Positions 56,548 through 64,000 of a DNA stretch of 64,000 bases are shown here, piece after piece (position 1 is the first letter of the stretch; each line of letters starts with the position of its first letter). The notes beneath the pieces are model-generated. The model saw nothing but the letters and a program-made list of their open reading frames with translations. It had not been told where the DNA came from and searched no databases. The translations under genes and the position numbers were made by a program. This DNA comes from Eledone cirrhosa (lineage: Eukaryota), in contig OZ024746.1 of assembly GCA_964016885.1 (NCBI GenBank), forward strand, positions 87,048,001-87,112,000. The letters run 5' to 3'.

Positions 56548-57002
56548 TACTGAACAAAGATAGAATACAAAAACAAAAACATATACACTCAAACAGGAAC
56601 ACTTACCCCAAACAGGAAAAGCACACGCATACACATGCACAAACAGAGACAGAGAAAGGACTAAATAAATAAATAAAATTAAAATGGCGTAGGCATTATA
56701 ATATAACGGGAGGAAATATAATAGTTCCACTGATGATGTCAACGATGTGTGATGAAATAACTTTCATAGACTATATATATATATATATTTATATCTGTAT
56801 TTTTAACCTTTAGTCGATCACTGATAAACATTGATTGCCAGATAAATCAACTATGAAGATATAAAAGATACAGAAGCTAAAACCAACTCAAACCAAACAC
56901 TGAGTGTGTTCTGTTATTATTTCTGGCAATATTATAAGAATATGACCCTCACCAAGCATACGCATATTTATTTCGACACACGATTTCATATAAGAAACCT
57001 TG

Positions 57003-57051
<49 letters not shown>

Positions 57052-57082
57052 AAATATATATATATATATATATATATGCAAA

Positions 57083-57125
<43 letters not shown>

Positions 57126-57136
57126 AATATATATAA

Positions 57137-57340
57137 AGAAGGAGTTGTGGTAAGAAACCAGATGGACCATAACGCACCAGAGTACTCAATACTTAGGGTA
57201 GTAGAGTGGGTAATAGGACATTGTATGACCCTGACGGCAGAGCTCAAGCCGTTTCGACGGCTATTTCTGGACTAAAAAGAATTTAGTCCAGAAATAGCCG
57301 TCGAAACGGCTTGAGCTCTGCCGTCCGGGTCATACATTTT
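57137..57340 (-). mobile_element. Short fold-back element (family P1), reverse copy
   Basis: Reverse complement of 39722-39918. Arms about 57222-57276 and 57282-57336, flanked by (TA)n and (TG)n. Confidence 0.85.
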
Positions 57341-57342
57341 GT

Positions 57343-57385
<43 letters not shown>

Positions 57386-57616
57386 TGTGTGTGTGTGTGT
57401 ATTGAAGTGAAATATCAGGTGGCCAAAGATGATGAATTTTCATAAATATTTATTTCTGCACACACTATGACGGCACGGCATAGTAAGTACATGATGCTTC
57501 GTTCACCTCTTAGTCAAAAACGAAAACATAAAACCATCTTTTCATCTCTGCTTTTTCTTTGCTTGTTCCCTTAAAGGTTATCTTCCTTCCGTTAGTATAC
57601 ATTTATTACGCAGTTT

Positions 57617-57675
57617 GGACCTGAAGATGTCACCGGGTTTTTACGCAACCTGGCCACTGAAATGTACATAAGGTT
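57617..57675 (+). ncRNA. Hammerhead related to the 56392 family
   Basis: CTGAAGA-TGTCACCGGG..CCTGGCCACT-GAAA-TGTAC-ATA, with palindromic TGTACA. Stem I is poor. Confidence 0.55.
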
Positions 57676-57901
57676 TGCTGAAATTATATATTTAAAGAAA
57701 TTCAATAGTTTTGGCATCCTGTTATTTCATTTTGTAATATATTTATTCCGTTACCTCCCGCACCACCAACGTGATTCAACATCTGAGATAAATGAGTTAC
57801 ATAACGTCGAGTGGTTTTCTCATATTACGTCACAGTTAACATTTCAGAATGACCAATTCTACCCAGTGTTAAAGCACCGAATTAAAACCTATATATATAC
57901 A

Positions 57902-57955
<54 letters not shown>

Positions 57956-58127
57956 ATATTAAGGATACTATTTATGGTTATGTATATACTATATCTTTTT
58001 ATAGTTATATATATTTTAAACCCTAAACAGTGAAGGTCAGTAATTTATTACTACCTTATTACCAGTAAGATAAGTAGCTCAATGTAATAACATTAGTTGT
58101 TCTACAGAGCAGTTATATATAATTCAC

Positions 58128-58350
58128 AAGAATGAAAGCTATGTTCAAGGCAATTATTCACTTACAATATAATATAATATATGTCACTCCACTGTACCTC
58201 AATATATACATATGTATATGTATGTCTCTTGCGTTGGAAAAGAGGTCAATTATGTGTACAAACATTGAAAAATTCTCCGTAGACTCCATGCCTAGGTTTG
58301 GATGAAACAATTGTAATTGAATAAATGCTTTGAACATAGCTTTGATTTTT
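58128..58350. repeat. 41-bp inverted repeat adjoining a degenerate hammerhead
   Basis: 58128-58168 pairs with 58310-58350 at about 36/41. GGAT-GAAAC-AATT-GTA lies at 58300-58315. Confidence 0.65.
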
Positions 58351-58803
58351 AACACCTTACTCCTCACTGATTAACCTAGATGTCACGTGATTGATTCTTT
58401 TGAATTTGCCACTGACCAGTAAGGCAGTGAAATTTTCAATGTCTTGGAATTTAGTCCGCGCTTGCTTTTTTTCCATCCACTGAATTATTTTTGTATGAGT
58501 TCCCTGTGACCGCGTATTGCCAGGAATCTTAGCCGAGAATGTCTCCCTGATGAAGAAAGGATTCTCCATGGTCTCCATTTGAAGACTATGTATATCTCCT
58601 TTCAGAAACTAATTCGTTGTAGTGAATTTTAGTAAGTAAGTTAATTACTATAATTTTCTTATTTTACGTCTTTTATATAATTGTTCTACATCTCTTTGTA
58701 TTGAACCACAAAGTTACTAAGACAAAACCTATATCTTTACTAGCGTAAGTATACATCTGTATAAATATGTTGGTAGATCTACTAATTCTTTATATATATA
58801 TTT

Positions 58804-58952
<149 letters not shown>

Positions 58953-59408
58953 GGATCGATCGACTTTCGTCAAATCGGACCAATATATATATATAAATAT
59001 ATATATATACACATAGATGACTTGTAATTATTTCTATATAGACTTCTGTTGCATAGCAATACGAAACAGCTTTCTAAAGTTGTACACCATATAAATTAAC
59101 AATTTATGTTATTTATTGTCAATTCAAACTATAATAACTCTATGAATTGACATAAAAACTGAAATTATTTTTTATGATTAAATGTAAACACGCGAAACGA
59201 TACAGAACAACCTATATGGTTGATTTATTTATATACCTATATTTATGTGGGAGATACATTTCGTGATTTTATATTTTGAATCTGGATTAAATCAAATATA
59301 TAATTATATTGTCTGGTGAAATATGCGCCAGAACTCATGGCAAAGAACTAACCCAGCCCACACTGACACACAAACGCATCCCCCCACACATACAAACACA
59401 CACACACA

Positions 59409-59440
<32 letters not shown>

Positions 59441-59454
59441 TTCACACCCACACA

Positions 59455-59533
<79 letters not shown>

Positions 59534-59685
59534 ACATATATATATATATATATATACACATATTTATTTAGTTCTCCAATTCTGTCGCTGTGTAACAACT
59601 GTTAAAACATATACTGAAAACAATGGTCGAGTATAGGCATGTTTATTATATATAGAAAAATACCATTTCTGACGATTTAATGCCA

Positions 59686-59845
<160 letters not shown>

Positions 59846-59847
59846 AA

Positions 59848-60230
59848 TCATCATCATCATCATCATCATTTTATGTCCGCCTTTCCTTGCATGCAAGGGT
59901 GGGACGGGTGCTATTCAGCACAGCATCTCTCCACTTGTCATGGTACTGCGTCAGATCATCCATGAGCTTCAGCGATGTGAGGTCCGCTCTAACCACCTCC
60001 GCCCATGTTTTTCGTGGTCTTCCTCTACTGCGTCCTCCTTCTACTGGGATTTCTTGACATTTCTTTCCCCAGCGATCATCCTCCATGCGCATCACATGTT
60101 CCTACCATCGCAGTCTTCTTTCCCGTTCACTACAACTTATCCCTCTTATACACAGTTTCTCTCTCAACTTATCTATGCTTGGTCGTTCACGCACATCACA
60201 CATACAACAGAGCATGCTTGCTTCATTTAT
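59848..60230 (-). mobile_element. RTE-type LINE 3' end with (ATG)n tail
   Basis: HVMRMEDDRWGKKC..VEGGRSRGRPRKTWAEVVRADL..DKWRDAV followed by TAA and an (ATG)n tail. Confidence 0.85.
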
Positions 60231-61179
60231 ATGTGGCTGAAACGATACTGGGGTACCGCCTTTCATATATATATATATCATAACATTTGTAATCTAGGCG
60301 CCACGAAATAGACTAAAATATCTCTATTATCACCAGAAAACAGCACTACGTTACACATCTAACATACTTTATCTTGCAAACATAGCGATTAATCTGCCAC
60401 TAATCGCAATAAAACAATTAAACCATGAATAATCAAAGTACTTAAGAAATCAATTGTACCAACCAATCAAACGGCACGAGTGGACGAACTCTTATCCAAT
60501 CAGATACAAGAGAAGGTGGCAATCTAAAGACACAGCTACAATGAATACGAGAACTCTCTCAGTATAACACCTTCTATTTTGTCTTCTCCTCGCATATGAT
60601 TATTTATATCAGTTATTTATTATTATTTTTATTTCATAACATACATTGTATACATCATTCTTCACTTTTATTACCTATCAGACATGTAAATCCCTAAGTT
60701 TATTTATTCTGTTTTTCATCTTGATGTTTATATTACTTAGTATAAATACATTGTACCGATGAATCCAAAATCAGTGTTTGTTACATTACTCCTTAAATCA
60801 TTAATGTATTATTTGTCTCCACCGGAGTTTACCGGGATACCAACTGCAGGATTGTTTAAATTTTACACTCGTTACATTAGATACTTTAAATATTACAAGA
60901 GGCCAGATTTTTCGATGGGGAGTCATAGCAAGTTAATATCCAGCTCTGAACCCAATCCCTAATACAAATATACACTTTAGCTAGTTAGATATTATTCTAA
61001 GCATATTGACTGTTGTGTAATTCTCTGGATTTCTAACTTTTAACTTTTAACGCCTGAAATTTCGAATTCATTTTGGTTTTGGAGGTTGCTAAACTTCAAA
61101 TATTTTCTATGATAAGTTATATTAATCATAGCAGTAGGGAACCTTCTCACTTTGGAGTTGATGGTCTGTATATTATCCC

Positions 61180-61314
<135 letters not shown>

Positions 61315-61319
61315 ATTTG

Positions 61320-62074
61320 TTGTTTGGTATGATGTCCTTAAACCGCTTTTTATTTTGTTGTCGCCTTTCTTCTCTTGTCAGCTCCCCATATAACTGTTTA
61401 GGCAGCCTTCCAGCTTCAATCCTGACAACAATCCTCCAATCAATACTGATGCTATCCGCTTTCTCAAGTACCTCAGCATCAGGTGGTGTGTACGAAGAAG
61501 ACTTGATGTTCAGGATGCGTCTTATATAAAGCTGAGTAAATCTTTCCAACTGCCTGATATGATGACTGGAACTTGTCTACCTTTCGGATCCATATAGCAT
61601 GGCTGTAATAATATAGGCCTCATACACTGAGAGTTTTGTGTTTTTCCTGATACCTCAATTTGACCAGACTCGCTTCTCAAGATTCCCGAGGGAAAGACTT
61701 GCTTTCGCAGCATTAGTGCCTTCTCTACTAATTGTCTTCCGAGATACACAAAGCTGTCAAACTCGTTAAGACCTTTTGCTATTACAAAAATGATTGGCTC
61801 CACGTACATTTTTTCCCAACTAGTGGAGTGTACATGGCTTTTGTATATTTTATACTAATATTTAACCCAAACGAAGTACACGAATTGGGAATGGTAACAC
61901 ATTTCAACTGCATGTCCTCTGCTGTGTGGGCCACACAAACTGAACCATCAGAATACATGAACTCCTCACCAAGAGGGACAAATGCTTTGGACTTGATGTT
62001 AAACCTTTTTAGGTTAAAACTTTTCCAGAGGTTCTAATTCGCAAATTTACACCAATTTCGATTTCTTGGAAAGC
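61320..62074 (-). mobile_element. RTE/BovB-like LINE RT region, decayed, inverted segment
   Basis: AFQEIEIGVNLRIRTSGK..NLKRF..EFMYSD..AHTAEDMQ; FVYLG; LYIRRILNIK..EVLEKA..RLPKQLYGEL..KKRFKDII. Confidence 0.85.
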
Positions 62075-62475
62075 TTTAAGACAAACTCAAGGCTCTGAAG
62101 ATTGATATGAAGAACTGGGAGTGATTGGCTGGAAGTGATATTTGAGAAAAAGTGAGGGGAGCATAACCTTTTAAAGAGTTCACTACTTAAGCGGGACTGA
62201 AGTGCAGTGCCGGCAAATATTCAGCAGGATTTGAGGTGCTATGTATGTGGCCGAATTCTTCTTGCAAGAATCTCATCAGTCAGTGAGAAATCGGGCCAAC
62301 TGTGAGATGTTTCTACAGCTACACACTCCCCCGTATATTTTCAGTGAGTGTGGCGTAATTTGCAATTCATCGGGTGGACTAACGAGACATGGCAAAATGA
62401 ATGAAAACCCAGCCCAGCCGGTTTTGCTAGGCGACAGACAGTTCAAATGTCCCATCTGTTAACGTACTTGCAACG
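62075..62475 (+). mobile_element. RTE/BovB-like LINE C-terminal segment with C2H2-like remnants
   Basis: LKALKIDMKNWE*LA; SECGVICNSSGGLTRH; FKCPIC*RTC. Confidence 0.75.
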
Positions 62476-62537
62476 TACACACACACACACATATATTGAT
62501 ACAAACCACAACAGAAACGCAAGCCATCCATACCAAT

Positions 62538-62581
62538 TTTATTTTTGAAAATAATACGAACTGTGAAACCGGTAAAGTAAA
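62538..62581 (+). ncRNA. Degenerate hammerhead motif, second copy of the 29486 repeat
   Basis: TTTATTT-TTGAAAA..TGT-GAAAC-CG-GTA-AAGTAAA. Confidence 0.4.
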
Positions 62582-62881
62582 TAAATATTCCTAAAAATTT
62601 CCAGTTGCAATTTCAATTTCTTTGCCTTATACATTTACCGGTGTGGGACATTAAATAAAACTTACTTTCTTTTATATATATATATAGCGTTTCTCAATTT
62701 GTTTAGCAAGATTCTTTATCTGAAAACATGTGTTGAAACCGATATTGTTATACTTATATCTGAATTATTAGAATATCCAAAGCTGCTAGTATACAACTAA
62801 AATACAGTTGTTACATCGAAGAAAATTTTGAAATTTGTATTTCATCTTCTTTCATTTTCACACACACAGACACACATGCAG

Positions 62882-62948
<67 letters not shown>

Positions 62949-62994
62949 GAGAGAGAGAGAGAGAAGAGAGAGAGACAGATAGAGAGAATGTGAA

Positions 62995-63106
62995 TGCGCG
63001 TGGGTGAGTCGTTAGAGAATTGGATTCGCCATCGTGAGGTTGTGAGTTCGATTCCCCGACCAGGGGATGCGTTATGTCCTTGGGCACGACACTTTATTCC
63101 ACTTGG
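62995..63106 (+). mobile_element. tRNA-derived SINE of a second family (CORE-like domain)
   Basis: A-box-like GTGGGTGAGTCGTTAG, B-box GAGTTCGATTCCC, then TGTCCTTGGGCACGACACTT. Confidence 0.65.
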
Positions 63107-63219
63107 AGTTACGATCGATAGCGAGTATTAACAATTGGAAAGACCAGCGGAAACATTGTTTACTCGGTCCAATTTATCGAAAGTCGATCGACTGTCTAAA
63201 TATATATATATATATGTAT

Positions 63220-63540
63220 ATATAAGTATGTATACGTACATACTTATATGTGTACAGACGCACAGTAGTATGTATATATATACATACATGCAGACATATA
63301 TATATATGTACGTATGGGTTTACCAAACATTCATTACAATGGTCAGTTTGTTTGTAAACAAACAGCCCGAATTACGAACATATATTTATATGTGTGCATG
63401 TATGTATATATATATATATATATATATACATACTACTGTGCGTCTGTACACATATTTGTGTGTACGTATACATAATTATATTTAGGTATCAGCCGTACCA
63501 AGAGTGAGAAATGAAATTTCGTTTCATTCTTTTCCATTTA
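63220..63540. repeat. Dispersed repeat with internal inverted repeat, shared with 55360-55770
   Basis: 63222-63275 pairs with 63428-63480. GTGAGAAATGAAATTTCGTTTCATT occurs at 55363 and 63504. 55627-55695 is similar to the reverse complement of 63297-63364. Confidence 0.6.
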
Positions 63541-63543
63541 TAC

Positions 63544-63577
<34 letters not shown>

Positions 63578-63864
63578 GGGGAGAGATGGTAGACATTTTC
63601 TGTTTCCCAATCCTGGGATGGCAGTCTGAGCAGAGTCATCCGACACGCCATCCAGAATATCGTATCAGATGCAAACACCTCAAATTGATCTGGATCTATC
63701 CCTAAGCAGGAACAATCGAGCTGATGGTATACTTAATGTGAAAACAGTACAAACTCAGACATATGTGTGTATGTATATAAACAAGTAAACAGAAATGACA
63801 AAGCAAACTACACAGTACATTGAAGAAATATATTAGTTTAACGCTTCAAATAGCAGGGAAAGAG

Positions 63865-63900
63865 CCTATACATTTCGGACACTCGTCATTCATCAGTAGA
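63865..63900 (-). ncRNA. Minimal type I hammerhead in a pLTR-like remnant
   Basis: Minus strand reads TCTA-CTGATGA-atGACgagtGTCc-GAAA-T-GTA-TAGG. Core intact, stem I TCTA/TAGG, loopless stem III (dimer type). Confidence 0.7.
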
Positions 63901-64000
63901 TAGATTTATAAATAATAGAACACAAACCTTTGAAATAGATCATTATGATAAAATTAAGGTGCAGTTAAAATACGCAGTTTATTTTTCTCACTGGTTTTTA

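Noticed and set aside
57224-57334. Apparent complete hammerhead CTGACGG..GAAAC..GTC across the P1 palindrome
   Set aside because: The core is CTGACGG rather than CTGANGA and arises from a C-to-T change in the inverted arm. The other full copy has CCGACGG.

Overview
AT-rich, microsatellite-dense eukaryotic DNA. The dominant tRNA-derived SINE and the (TA)n/(CA)n/(GA)n load resemble an octopus-type cephalopod genome, which is an inference. The only convincing host gene is a solitary, intronless, divergent histone H2B (3583-3951) with no intact histone stem-loop. The rest is mobile DNA: about 25 copies of one SINE, two decayed Penelope-like retroelements (RT plus GIY-YIG), an R4/Dong-type LINE in (TAA)n, RTE and CRE LINE fragments, non-autonomous Helitrons, Chapaev-type transposase relics and a Tc1/mariner-type MITE. 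The most striking non-coding signal is a set of roughly 15 minimal type I hammerhead-ribozyme (HHR) motifs, mostly degenerate. Many sit in short non-coding elements that are embedded in (TA)n and carry fold-back inverted repeats centred on or ending in the ribozyme. They look like several families of Penelope pLTR-derived, retrozyme-like elements. Almost all long ORFs in the supplied track are microsatellite artefacts. All alignments and folds here were done by eye.
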